In this document: positions 1-9,148 of the stretch, piece by piece
Layout: the number at the start of each line of letters is the position of its first letter
Position numbering within the stretch: position 1 is the first letter of the stretch
DNA from: a virus
Reading direction: 5' to 3' (one strand)
IMG/VR virus record: IMGVR_UViG_3300023371_000434
Length of the DNA stretch: 21,838 bases
The notes under the pieces: generated by a model
Told to the model about the DNA's origin: nothing
What the model saw: only the letters and a program-made list of their open reading frames with translations
Database searches by the model: none
Translations under genes and position numbers: made by a program

Positions 1-336
1 CTTATTAGAAGCTATTTGTAAATATAAATATAAATTTACTTTGTCAGAAGCATCTTTTTTTACGATGTCATATATAATTTTACCGATTTTAACTTTAATG
101 TTTTCTGGCAAAATTCTATATGGAACTTTTATCTTTTTGTCTATTGTATATCCCAAAGAATCTGCAATTAAATTATCATTGTCTCTTACAGACATTAACT
201 CATAAGGTAATATCCCTTTCTTTTTCAATTCCTCGCCTATTTTTACTTTATTTTGGTTTCTAATAGGTTGAATTAATCCGTAAGTTATAAAACCATCATT
301 ATAAGTTTCATGCTTTAGTTTTTGTTTTTCATTCAT
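1..336 (-). CDS. Partial phage head-closure / head-tail adaptor-like protein; runs off the left edge
   Basis: Hand-translated minus frame from ATG at 336: MNEKQKLKHETYNDGFITYGLIQPIRNQNKVKIGEELKKKGILPYELMSVRDNDYLIADSLGYTIDKKIKVPYRILPENIKVKIGKIIYDIVKKDASDKVNLYLYLQIASNK, no stop before the edge; position after the connector gene. Confidence 0.6.
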   Translation of the reverse strand, partial: MNEKQKLKHETYNDGFITYGLIQPIRNQNKVKIGEELKKKGILPYELMSVRDNDNLIADSLGYTIDKKIKVPYRILPENIKVKIGKIIYDIVKKDASDKVNLYLYLQIASNK

Positions 337-616
337 TAGTATCACCTTCATTAGTTTCTATTGCATATTTAAATTGTAAATTTTGAATTTCATTTAGGAA
401 ATTTTTTTCAAAATATTCTTTAGAAAAGTTTCTTACATATCTGCAATAATCTTTCAATAAACCTTTAGCTACTAAATCTTTATCGTAATTAATCTCAGTA
501 CCTACCTTTTCAGATAGGTACTGTTTTGCCTCTAGAATTAAATCGTTTATCTCTTTATCTTCATCATCCCAAGTAACGTGAATATATGGTTTTACCTCAT
601 ATAGTAATTTATCCAT
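329..616 (-). CDS. Phage head-tail connector protein (gp6-like)
   Basis: 95 aa, small helical protein directly downstream of the capsid gene in head-module order. Confidence 0.75.
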   Translation of the reverse strand: MDKLLYEVKPYIHVTWDDEDKEINDLILEAKQYLSEKVGTEINYDKDLVAKGLLKDYCRYVRNFSKEYFEKNFLNEIQNLQFKYAIETNEGDTNE

Positions 617-626
617 CTAATCACCT

Positions 627-1766
627 CTATACTTCTGCAGTTAATTCTACAGCCTCGATTCCAGAAATATCAACATTTAAGAATGAATTGTTATCAACAG
701 GGAAACCATTTCCATATAATTTTCCTAGGTAAACTCTTTCATCTTCTAAGAAACGATATTCATCAGATTCTTCTATTTTCTTTGTTGAACCTAATCCCAT
801 AAAATATTTAGGAGCTAGTCCAACAACTGCTTTTCCTTGTGCAACAGCAGGACATTGTATAACATCTGTTGGGAATGGTAATACATTATTTACATATGTT
901 CCATTTGCATTTAATATTGTAGTTGCAGGGAATATTTTTGTTAAATAATCTATTGGATTTACTACCATTAACATTTTAGTAACAACTCTTTTACCTCCAT
1001 TTGTTAATTTAGCTGCTAAAGCACCCATTGTTGCAGGTTTTAAATCAGTTATAGGAAGAGCTTCTTTTTCAGGATAAACACCTTCTACAACTGCTCCTTC
1101 TAAATCTCTGTTCATACCTATTGGTTGGTCTTTACCTGTTCCTGTTACTATTCCTTCTTCAAGTCCAAGGCTTAATGCTTCAACAATAAATCTTCTTATG
1201 AAAGAATCTAACCAAGCTGGTCCTAAATCTAAATGAGCTTTACAAATTGGTAAGAAAGCACTTAATTTGTATAAGTTAACAGGTTTTTTATCAAATCCAC
1301 TTTCTAATTCTTTTTTGATTTCATCAGTTAATTTTCCCCACCATGCTGGAGTTACATCACCAGTTCTAACTATAAATTCAACCATTCCAGTAACATTTTG
1401 AAAGTTTATTACTGAAAGTATTGGATGTTGTGCCTCTAAATCTTCAAATATTCTATCAATTGTAGTAGTTGGCATTACTGCGTCTATATCACTTATTGAT
1501 TGATTAGCTTTCATTGCTTCAGCTAATTTATTGTAATATGTCACTTCTTCTGATGTTAATAATTTAGCTCCTCTTGATGTCATTATCATATTGTCATTGT
1601 TTGTTTGTCTCATTGTTTTTGTCACTTCCATAGTTGTTTCTTGTGCTACATATTGCATTAATTCTGTTAATGCTTCTACTTGTTTTGCATTGTCTCCACT
1701 TTCTACAGCTTCTTTCATTTTTGTTTTTAATTCCTCATTTGTTAATTTTAAATCTAAATTTTCCAT
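627..1766 (-). CDS. Phage major capsid protein, HK97 family
   Basis: 379 aa with N-terminal helical scaffold-like segment, then capsid-like fold segments; located between protease and connector genes. Confidence 0.85.
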   Translation of the reverse strand: MENLDLKLTNEELKTKMKEAVESGDNAKQVEALTELMQYVAQETTMEVTKTMRQTNNDNMIMTSRGAKLLTSEEVTYYNKLAEAMKANQSISDIDAVMPTTTIDRIFEDLEAQHPILSVINFQNVTGMVEFIVRTGDVTPAWWGKLTDEIKKELESGFDKKPVNLYKLSAFLPICKAHLDLGPAWLDSFIRRFIVEALSLGLEEGIVTGTGKDQPIGMNRDLEGAVVEGVYPEKEALPITDLKPATMGALAAKLTNGGKRVVTKMLMVVNPIDYLTKIFPATTILNANGTYVNNVLPFPTDVIQCPAVAQGKAVVGLAPKYFMGLGSTKKIEESDEYRFLEDERVYLGKLYGNGFPVDNNSFLNVDISGIEAVELTAEV

Positions 1767-1782
1767 TTAAATTTCCTCCCTT

Positions 1783-2595
1783 TTATTTTAAAAATTTATT
1801 TAAAAAAGACACCATTAAGGTATCTTGTTTTTGAACTTTTTTATTTTCTTCTAGACTATTTAATAGTCCCTTTGGTTCTTCATTTGCTGAACCATTTAAC
1901 AGATTATCACTGATTTCTTTAGCTATTTTATTTACTGTTTCTTCACTAACATCAATAACGACTGTTTTTTCTTTTTCTTGTTGTTTTAGTTTGTTTACAA
2001 GTTTTAATAAACACATATTTGCATGTTGATTTATAGAACTATTTGTTTTTAATTCTATTATTTCATCTGCAAATCCCATTTCTATACATTCATCTGCAGT
2101 TAAATATGTTTCTTCATCAAGTAATTTATCAAGTTTATCTTCTGTTATATTAACCTTAGATAAATATGCTTCTTTATAAGCTACAGCAATTTTATCCATA
2201 TCATCAGCAGTCTTTCTTAATTCTTTTGAATTTCCAACTGTCCAAAGCCAGCAATTATGTATCATCATTAAAGCAGTCTTTGGCATATAAATTTTATTTC
2301 CTGCCATTGCTATTATTGAGGCTGATGAGGCTGCAATTCCATCTATATAAACATTAATTTGTGCTTTATGCTGTTTTAATAAGTTGTATATTGCTAAACC
2401 TTGAAAAGTTTCTCCTCCGTATGAATTAATGTGAATATTTATTTCTGATATTTCTCCTAAATTTTCTAATTCTTGTTTGAATCCCCATGCTGAAACATCT
2501 GATTCATCCCATTCATAAGATGTTATATATCCATAAATATATAAATCTACAACGCTGTCTGATTGTTTTTCAAAACTATAAAACTTTTTGTCCAT
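1783..2595 (-). CDS. ClpP-type prohead protease
   Basis: 270 aa; INSYGGETFQGLAIYNLLK, DGIAASSASIIAMAG and MMIHN motifs of ClpP-like serine peptidases; adjacent to the portal gene. Confidence 0.93.
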   Translation of the reverse strand: MDKKFYSFEKQSDSVVDLYIYGYITSYEWDESDVSAWGFKQELENLGEISEINIHINSYGGETFQGLAIYNLLKQHKAQINVYIDGIAASSASIIAMAGNKIYMPKTALMMIHNCWLWTVGNSKELRKTADDMDKIAVAYKEAYLSKVNITEDKLDKLLDEETYLTADECIEMGFADEIIELKTNSSINQHANMCLLKLVNKLKQQEKEKTVVIDVSEETVNKIAKEISDNLLNGSANEEPKGLLNSLEENKKVQKQDTLMVSFLNKFLK

Positions 2596-3710
2596 TACTT
2601 ACCTCCTTCCTGTTTTTGATAATTTTTGGTAATATAATGTGCATTAGCCCAATCTTCATCAATAAGTTCTTCTCCGATTGCTCTTAATAAGAAATTATGA
2701 GAAAATCCTATTCTTGTTAATACATCAAGGCTTCCAGCAACATCAAATATACTTATATGTTCAATTCTGCTAATATCTACCTTAATTTTTGAGCCTTTGC
2801 TATATGCTATTTCACCATATAATTTACGATTAATTTCATCTTCCAATAATTTTGCAACAGGTTTTACTGATAATGTTAATAAATTCTTTGTTTCCTCTTT
2901 GATTTCAGACAATTCTCCTTTGATAATTCCTTTTGGAATGTTAAAGGCAATTGCAACAATATCAAAAATTCCTTCGATTATTTTATTAACATCTTCAGAT
3001 GATGTCACGGATTTCTTTTCACTTTCAGTAAAATCAAATCCTTCTTCCATTGGTATAACCGCATTATCTGATGAAAAATAAGAACGAAACTTTGATCTTA
3101 TAGCTTCTTGTAGTTTTGCTTGGTCATCAAATTTTTGAGACCATGTTGTGTTTAATTTAACTTTTCCTCTTACACTTCTCGCTTTTCTATAATCATTCAT
3201 GCATTGAGTTATAAGTATTCCATAACTGTTGTATAATCCATCTAATAAGTTCTTTATCTTTGAATTATTTAACTTAAAATAAAAAACATCTTCCATGTAG
3301 TAAGTTTTGTTAAAAGTTAAGCCTCCAACACTTACATTTGTGAAAAATGTTTGATATAACGTTCTTTCGTTTTTAGAAAAAGAATCTGCAATGTAATACA
3401 TTCCATTTTCTTCTATAACTAACGCTTCATTGTCATAAAAAAGTTTCCATATTAATTCAGATTTAAATTCACTTGCATTTTGATTTTGATTTGGTTCAAC
3501 ATTGAACCTATAATAATTGTGTTTAAACACCTCTTTTTTATCTGTAAATGTTCTAATCTCTGAATTAGTTATTAATTTTGCTATTATATTTATTGCACTA
3601 GCTATTGCTAATTCTTTATAATATATTTCTTTAGCTACATCTTCAGCATAGCTGTTATAAAATGTATCATTTTTATTAAAAAATCTTCCAAAAACATCTT
3701 TTATGCCCAT
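2595..3710 (-). CDS. Phage portal protein (HK97 family)
   Basis: 371 aa, portal-like sequence with GIPKGIIKGELSEIKEE segment, between terminase and protease genes. Confidence 0.88.
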   Translation of the reverse strand: MGIKDVFGRFFNKNDTFYNSYAEDVAKEIYYKELAIASAINIIAKLITNSEIRTFTDKKEVFKHNYYRFNVEPNQNQNASEFKSELIWKLFYDNEALVIEENGMYYIADSFSKNERTLYQTFFTNVSVGGLTFNKTYYMEDVFYFKLNNSKIKNLLDGLYNSYGILITQCMNDYRKARSVRGKVKLNTTWSQKFDDQAKLQEAIRSKFRSYFSSDNAVIPMEEGFDFTESEKKSVTSSEDVNKIIEGIFDIVAIAFNIPKGIIKGELSEIKEETKNLLTLSVKPVAKLLEDEINRKLYGEIAYSKGSKIKVDISRIEHISIFDVAGSLDVLTRIGFSHNFLLRAIGEELIDEDWANAHYITKNYQKQEGGK

Positions 3711-3725
3711 TTTCTTATTTCCTTT

Positions 3726-5381
3726 CTAAAAATCTATTGAATCAAATATTTGTGCATTCTCATTAATAACTGTTAATTCTTCTGATACTGTCATAGATGC
3801 AACAAATGCCATAAATCCATCTGTTTTTCTTGATTTTGGCTCTATTTTTCCAAACACTTTAGTGTTGTTCTGCCAAGGTACTAATTTTGTATTGTTTGTA
3901 AACCAACGCATTAAAGGATTGTCTCCCCATGCAATATTTTGATTTACAAATATGCTCTCAATAACAGGCTGTATTTTTGCAATATCGCTTGGTCTAACTA
4001 GCTTAACCTGTTCCTTATTCTTAGCATCAAACCCTATTTCGTTCATTTCCTTGCTTATTAACGCATATCTAAAATTATCAACTGCTATTTTCTTTATATT
4101 GTATATCCTGCCTTTTTCACTTATCCAATCAAATATTAGTTTAGGCTTTATTTCTACATCATCAACTTCCGTTAATAAACCTCTTGTTTGCCAATCTTTC
4201 AGTGGTGCTTGTATTCTTTTTTTATCTTTACTGTTTTTACAAAACCAAGAATGCGTAATTCCATAATATTTATTATCTTTTTTAAACAATAAAAATACAG
4301 ATGCAAAATCTGATAAACTTGCATAATCTATACCACAAACACATGACTGTCTTTCTAAATTAATTATTTCTTTGTTGGTTTTTTCAATTAAAGACCATTC
4401 TACAGCAACCTCTTCTTCTTTCTGCTCTGGCAAATTCATCCTTTTTGTCATAAATTCAGATATTTTACTTGGAAATAGTTTCATTTCCTCATAGTCTGTT
4501 TTTATTTCATTAAATAAATCTGGCATATATTCTAAAGATGGATTAGCTTTTATCCATTTTTTCTCATCATCTGCTTCCTCTTTTTTGTCTATCCTACATA
4601 AAAACGGATAATATCTAACTGTATTAGGCATTCCATTAAGTATTTTTTCACAAACATTTAATAATTCATCTAAAGGTCCACCTCTTACATATCCATTTGT
4701 TGTAATTATAAATATTCTTGCGTGTTTTACTTTACCTAAACCACTTTGAAATACTTTTATTTGTCCATCATTTTCATAAGCATGATATTCATTAAATAAT
4801 ATTGCACCATCTTTTTTACCATCTTTTGTTTTTGCATTAGATGTATTAAATCTGTAAAATCCTTTAGTTTTTTTATCTATAATTATTTCTTTGTTCCAAT
4901 AAAAATATTTTTCAAATTTTTTCTTGTTGTTTTCTAACATATCATAAACAACATTGAATGTATCTTGCGATTGTTCTTCTGAAGTAGCCACAATATCAAT
5001 GCTGTATTTAGGCACTCCATACAACCTAGATTGTAAAAAGTTCATTAAAGGAGACATCATTCCGTCTTTTCCGTTACCTCTTCCCATCAAGATTACAAAA
5101 GTTTTAAAGACTGGAATGTCATCTTTATACATAAAAACAAATGCATATATAAACTTTTGATATGGAAACAATTTGTAATACCATCTTTCACAATACGAAA
5201 TACATTTATAATATGTTTCACTATCAAAAAAAACATCCTCCCTTTTTAATAAAGGTTCTACGATGTTTTTTATAAGCAATTTTCTATCTTCATTTATTTT
5301 TTCTGGATTTTCTTTGCAATATTTTAAATAATCATCTATTTCCTTACAATAAATCATCCCCTTCATCTCCACCACCTTCAT
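3726..5381 (-). CDS. Terminase large subunit
   Basis: 551 aa; Walker-A-like GRGNGKDG, ATSEEQS and VCGIDYASLSDFAS motifs. Confidence 0.93.
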   Translation of the reverse strand: MKVVEMKGMIYCKEIDDYLKYCKENPEKINEDRKLLIKNIVEPLLKREDVFFDSETYYKCISYCERWYYKLFPYQKFIYAFVFMYKDDIPVFKTFVILMGRGNGKDGMMSPLMNFLQSRLYGVPKYSIDIVATSEEQSQDTFNVVYDMLENNKKKFEKYFYWNKEIIIDKKTKGFYRFNTSNAKTKDGKKDGAILFNEYHAYENDGQIKVFQSGLGKVKHARIFIITTNGYVRGGPLDELLNVCEKILNGMPNTVRYYPFLCRIDKKEEADDEKKWIKANPSLEYMPDLFNEIKTDYEEMKLFPSKISEFMTKRMNLPEQKEEEVAVEWSLIEKTNKEIINLERQSCVCGIDYASLSDFASVFLLFKKDNKYYGITHSWFCKNSKDKKRIQAPLKDWQTRGLLTEVDDVEIKPKLIFDWISEKGRIYNIKKIAVDNFRYALISKEMNEIGFDAKNKEQVKLVRPSDIAKIQPVIESIFVNQNIAWGDNPLMRWFTNNTKLVPWQNNTKVFGKIEPKSRKTDGFMAFVASMTVSEELTVINENAQIFDSIDF

Positions 5382-5805
5382 CTGGTGCTTTCAAATCTAA
5401 GTCTTGTAAAATCTTTAGCATCTGTGCATTCGTTTTTAATAATCTTTCACAGCTTTCATTAGGCTTATATGTTGTAAACCCATTTCCACCTGTTGATTTA
5501 TATCTTATTCCATTATCGTTTATGTCTTTTTTTAATCTTTCTTTTAAATCTACTAAATATAAATAATCTTCTATCATATCATCAAAGTGTTTTCCGAATT
5601 TTCCTTGCGAAATAAGTTGTGCTTGTAGATCCTCTTTTATAGCATTCTTCTTATCTGATGTGTTTTTTTCAAATTCTTCCTCTTTTTTTCTACTAGGTTT
5701 TTTTGTTGATTTGGTTGCCATTTTCCTACCCCCTTTATACGCGTGAAAGTCATTTTTCTTTTGTCGTGAACCCTCCCCGTTCGAGAGCTTGTGAATTTTA
5801 GCCAA
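5344..5805 (-). CDS. Terminase small subunit (P27-like); true start may be internal ATG (MATKSTKK...)
   Basis: 153 aa directly upstream of and overlapping the large subunit; internal ATG preceded by AGGGGGTAGG. Confidence 0.65.
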   Translation of the reverse strand: MAKIHKLSNGEGSRQKKNDFHAYKGGRKMATKSTKKPSRKKEEEFEKNTSDKKNAIKEDLQAQLISQGKFGKHFDDMIEDYLYLVDLKERLKKDINDNGIRYKSTGGNGFTTYKPNESCERLLKTNAQMLKILQDLDLKAPDEGGGDEGDDLL

Positions 5806-5825
5806 AACTTTTTAAGGGGGGCTTT

Positions 5826-6272
5826 CTATTTATCAAGATTATACTTTTCTGCTACTTTTATAACAGTATCAACAGTATCTTTATCAAACCTTATGTTATT
5901 TCTACTACATCTTATATCTATTATTGAATATGTATCCGCTTCTTTTAGTTTTCTCTTTAAATCATCTATTGTATATCTTTTACCACAACATACTGTTAAT
6001 GATGCGTAAAGTATTCCTTCATAATAGTTCTTCATTAATAGTTTAAACTTCTTTGATATTTCTTTTTCTTCATAAGTTTTATCTTCTTTATCTGTTATTG
6101 CTATTAAATCTGATATTCTATACTCCTTATCAAATACTTTAACTACAACATCATTTATTGTTTCCGCTTCTGTATTTACTTCATTAACATCTAATTCTTT
6201 TGATATTTCTTCTGTCTTTTCCTCTGCTTCTTTTATTTCTTCTTCTATCTTCTTTGCTCTTGCCATTACCAT
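5826..6272 (-). CDS. Uncharacterised phage protein, charged coiled-coil N-terminus
   Basis: 148 aa ORF in operon with overlapping gene ends. Confidence 0.6.
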   Translation of the reverse strand: MVMARAKKIEEEIKEAEEKTEEISKELDVNEVNTEAETINDVVVKVFDKEYRISDLIAITDKEDKTYEEKEISKKFKLLMKNYYEGILYASLTVCCGKRYTIDDLKRKLKEADTYSIIDIRCSRNNIRFDKDTVDTVIKVAEKYNLDK

Positions 6273-6604
6273 CTCTCCTCATTAACAAATTTCTTTTTAT
6301 GTTTTATATTTTTAAATGGATTTTTATTATCAAGTATATTATGATGATGTACACATACTGTCATTAAATTATCTTTTACATATGTTAGCTCTGGATATTG
6401 TTCTATCTCTTTTATATGATGAACGTCTAGTTTCTTATTATGTTCCTTGATTGTTAGCTTGCCTTCTCTTTTGCATTCTTGACATTCGTAATTATCTCTT
6501 TTTAATATTTCTTTGCTTAAATAATCTTTCCAATATGGGTCATCATATATCTTTTTCTTTTTTCCGCTTCTAATTAATTCCCTTATCTGCTCTACTGTGT
6601 ACAT
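6266..6604 (-). CDS. HNH endonuclease (packaging-associated position)
   Basis: 112 aa; CQECKREG...LDVHHI...NLMTVCVHHHN motifs; next to terminase genes. Confidence 0.92.
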   Translation of the reverse strand: MYTVEQIRELIRSGKKKKIYDDPYWKDYLSKEILKRDNYECQECKREGKLTIKEHNKKLDVHHIKEIEQYPELTYVKDNLMTVCVHHHNILDNKNPFKNIKHKKKFVNEERW

Positions 6605-6607
6605 TTT

Positions 6608-6838
6608 TTATTCTTCTATTCTCTCTATTATTTCAAAGAAACCTGCTCTAAACCAAAAGTCATCTATTCCTACAAATTTTAAACAGTCCATTCTTTCATC
6701 ATCGCATGGACAATCTACTATATCTTCAACTATTAACTCTTTATCTTTTAATCTTTCTTTATAGTTAAATATTTTAGTTATATTAAGTTCTTCCGCTTCC
6801 TTTTTGAATATAACTTTATCTCCTATTCTCTTTTTCAC
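6608..6838 (-). CDS. Small conserved-type phage protein of unknown function
   Basis: 76 aa ORF in gene cluster. Confidence 0.6.
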   Translation of the reverse strand: MKKRIGDKVIFKKEAEELNITKIFNYKERLKDKELIVEDIVDCPCDDERMDCLKFVGIDDFWFRAGFFEIIERIEE

Positions 6839-7038
6839 TTTTCTTTGTTCCTTTCTTTACCTCGCTTTTCTCTTTTTGAGGTTTAACTTCTTTTACTTCC
6901 TCCGCATAAGCTTGTCCTTTAAACTTTGCGTTAATGATTTCTTTGCCTCGCTTTTCTGAAACTTCGTAAATATCTCCGTTTCTTAATATCTTTATTTAAT
7001 TGTTTATCTTTATAATCTATTAATGCTTTAATCTTCAT
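6816..7038 (-). CDS. Small phage protein split by an in-frame CGG(A); reconstructed as join(6816..6977,6979..7038), 73 aa
   Basis: ATG at 7038 preceded by GGGAGG; ...DIKK-[CGGA]-DIYEVSEKRGKEIINAKFKGQAYAEE...; 0-frame stops 13 codons after the CGG, +1 frame stays open to 6816. Confidence 0.75.
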
Positions 7039-7309
7039 CTTCTTTTCCTCCCTTATTAAAGTTATTGCATATTTTATATATATTGTTTTGTTTGTCTATT
7101 TCTGTTTTTACTTTCCCTTTACATTTATGAATACACTCACAGCAAGAATTGTTTTTATTTAAACGCAATTTATTTCCACAGTGACTGCATTTATATACAT
7201 TACTCATGCTCTCTGATTTAATTAATATATAGTTATGCTCACATCCGAAACATTTGGTTTGTTCTGGACAATCTTTGCATTGAAATCTGAGACATAATTC
7301 TTTAACCAT
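7028..7309 (-). CDS. Cys-rich probable zinc-binding protein
   Basis: 93 aa with CKDCPEQTKCFGC, CSHCG, CCECIHKC clusters. Confidence 0.65.
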   Translation of the reverse strand: MVKELCLRFQCKDCPEQTKCFGCEHNYILIKSESMSNVYKCSHCGNKLRLNKNNSCCECIHKCKGKVKTEIDKQNNIYKICNNFNKGGKEDED

Positions 7310-7504
7310 TTTTCCTTTTCCTTTGTTTTATTTATATACACTATGTAATGATATAAAGTAGCCCAATTCTACTTATGGTGCTCTTTATTGTTTTTTGTCC
7401 GTTTAGGTTGCAGGTCGCACTTCAAACCATAACTTAATATGTAAAAACCGTTAATTAGTTTATTCTATATCACTACATACTATATACACTACGCAAAATG
7501 CACA

Positions 7505-7539
7505 TATAACAATATTTATAGAGCAGTCATATTGTTATA
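7505..7539. repeat. 11-bp inverted repeat TATAACAATAT / ATATTGTTATA
   Basis: Arms 7505-7515 and 7529-7539, 13-nt spacer. Confidence 0.85.
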
Positions 7540-7821
7540 ATTGAGTACATTCTGCGTACTATATACAAGTGTTAACTAGAATACACTTAAGGGCTAAATT
7601 TAACAATTTTTGAAAGGAGGTAATCCCAAAAGGAATTACAGGATTTATATTAACCTTATCTAGTATTGGATAATAACTTTATATTTGGGTGGGTCGGCAC
7701 CCCTACATCTCTTGTAAGACCCAATTGAATTACAGATAACTGACCTGCTGTAAACAGTGGCATTTCGCCAACATTCAGCTATTTCAATTTAGGTGTGATA
7801 GCTACCTTTCTATCCTCCAAA

Positions 7822-7849
7822 TAAAAAGCACCCACAAAAGCGGGTGCTT
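7822..7849 (-). terminator. Rho-independent terminator for the 42-aa ORF
   Basis: Minus strand AAGCACCC-GCTTTTGT-GGGTGCTT followed by TTTATTT; 8-bp perfect stem. Confidence 0.88.
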
Positions 7850-7860
7850 CCTTTAGGATT

Positions 7861-7989
7861 TTATTTGCTTACATAACCTGTACCTGCGCAATAGCCACAT
7901 GTGTCGCCGTCATCATCAACTCCTGTACCGTCGCAATCGGGGCACTCAACGAGTTCATCGGGTCCCAAGTAATCATAATCGTCAGACAT
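7861..7989 (-). CDS. 42-aa protein with two DnaJ-like CxxCxGxG-type motifs
   Basis: Below the ORF track cutoff; MSDDYDYLGPDELVECPDCDGTGVDDDGDTCGYCAGTGYVSK; RBS AAAGGAG 8 nt upstream; own terminator. Confidence 0.8.
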   Translation of the reverse strand: MSDDYDYLGPDELVECPDCDGTGVDDDGDTCGYCAGTGYVSK

Positions 7990-8069
7990 GATGGATGCTC
8001 CTTTCGTTATAAATTAACCAATTGGTTTTGGCATCCATATTTTATCATTTTATGTATACTTTGTCAACA

Positions 8070-8101
8070 AAAATAGAGACAAACTGTTTCCAATTTGTCT
8101 C
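8070..8101 (-). terminator. Probable rho-independent terminator downstream of the RHH gene
   Basis: GAGACAAA (8076-8083) pairs with TTTGTCTC (8094-8101); minus-strand TATTTTTG tract. Confidence 0.7.
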
Positions 8102-8177
8102 CGCAAAACTTTATTACTACATCTATCGATGCATATTTGTTTTTCTCCCTACTATCATAATAACACGAAAAACTAAT

Positions 8178-8200
8178 TCGTACTCGTACTTTTTTCGTAC
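8178..8200. repeat. Three copies of TCGTAC
   Basis: 8178-8183, 8184-8189, 8195-8200. Confidence 0.8.
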
Positions 8201-8202
8201 CT

Positions 8203-8397
8203 TTATAAATTTTTTTCATTTTCTCCATAAAGATACTTCAATATAGCGTCATGTACAAGCCCTGTAAAGGTTTTGTTTTCTGCTTTTAATTTAACATCTA
8301 ATTCTTCCCATAATTCTTTATCTATTTTTACTAATCTACTTGTTTTAGTTTCTTTTTCTTTTTCCCATTCTTTTTTATAATCTCTTTTCACTTCCAT
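8203..8397 (-). CDS. Ribbon-helix-helix-like DNA-binding protein
   Basis: 64 aa; TSRLVKIDKELWEELDVKLKAENKTFTGLVHDAILKYL is Arc/CopG-like. Confidence 0.65.
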   Translation of the reverse strand: MEVKRDYKKEWEKEKETKTSRLVKIDKELWEELDVKLKAENKTFTGLVHDAILKYLYGENEKNL

Positions 8398-8470
8398 ACA
8401 AAAGCCTCCTTGCTTTTTTTATATTATTATATTATAATTATATTTGCAAGAGGGCTTTCGCCCTCTCGGT

Positions 8471-8590
8471 TTATTCAAAGTCTTGTAAGATTAGTTTAAT
8501 CTGTTCTCGATTATGCTGTTCTCTTACTTGTCTTTGTTTTTGTGCTTGTCTATGTGCTAGATAGATAAGCACTTTTTTTATTAGTTTCAT
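8471..8590 (-). CDS. Small basic/Gln-rich peptide, unknown
   Basis: 39 aa MKLIKKVLIYLAHRQAQKQRQVREQHNREQIKLILQDFE; GTGAGGG RBS. Confidence 0.5.
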   Translation of the reverse strand: MKLIKKVLIYLAHRQAQKQRQVREQHNREQIKLILQDFE

Positions 8591-8710
8591 TTCCCTCACC
8601 TCACTTTCTGTATATATTATACACTACGTATATACGTATGTCAATACTTTTTATAAACTTTTTTTAATATTTTTAAAAAGCCTACAGTTTATGGAACTGT
8701 AAGCTCTATT

Positions 8711-9133
8711 TTATATCTCTCCAAACTCTTTGGCTGTCATATATATAACTTTATTCATTGTATTGTAATATGTATCTTTAGATATTCCGTTATTCATTTG
8801 TGTATATATTTGATTTTTACCTTCTTTAAAAATCAATTCTACAACTTCCATTTCTTCTGGTATTAATCTTTTATAAACTTTTTCTATAGCTCTTATTTTC
8901 TTTTCTATTGTTATCATTCTTCTCGTACTAGTTTGTTCTATTATTTTTACAGCTTTTCTTTCAGTTGGATTTCCTGTAGCATTTCCTTTAGGTTGTCCGT
9001 CTGGTGGTAATGCAGATTCTTCTATAATCTCTTTTTCTAATTCTTCAAATTCTTTACAATTATCCCAATATTGATATAATTCATTCTTCACGTATTCTCT
9101 TATTTTGTAGGGTATCTTGTACTGTTTCCTCAT
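8711..9133 (-). CDS. ArpU-like phage transcriptional regulator
   Basis: 140 aa; late-regulator position; C-terminal helical sigma-like HTH (YTQMNNGISKDTYYNTMNKVIY). Confidence 0.7.
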   Translation of the reverse strand: MRKQYKIPYKIREYVKNELYQYWDNCKEFEELEKEIIEESALPPDGQPKGNATGNPTERKAVKIIEQTSTRRMITIEKKIRAIEKVYKRLIPEEMEVVELIFKEGKNQIYTQMNNGISKDTYYNTMNKVIYMTAKEFGEI

Positions 9134-9148
9134 ACTCTTCCTCCTTTG

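Noticed and set aside
1634-2357. Plus-strand ORFs 1634..1834 and 2166..2357
   Set aside because: Fully antisense to capsid and protease genes, with low-complexity Leu/Phe-rich composition and no RBS.
5740-5825. Cos site candidate near the small terminase/HNH genes
   Set aside because: Locally GC-richer sequence around ACGCG and CCCTCCCCGTTCG, but no recognisable cos overhang or repeats; not supportable from sequence alone.
7399-7401. Possible tenth CGGA site (minus strand CCT AAA CGGA CAA) in the intergenic region
   Set aside because: No convincing start codon or RBS and no recognisable protein in either flank; not counted.
8022-8246. Plus-strand ORF 8022..8246 (74 aa)
   Set aside because: Runs through a terminator hairpin and repeats, low complexity, no support as a gene.
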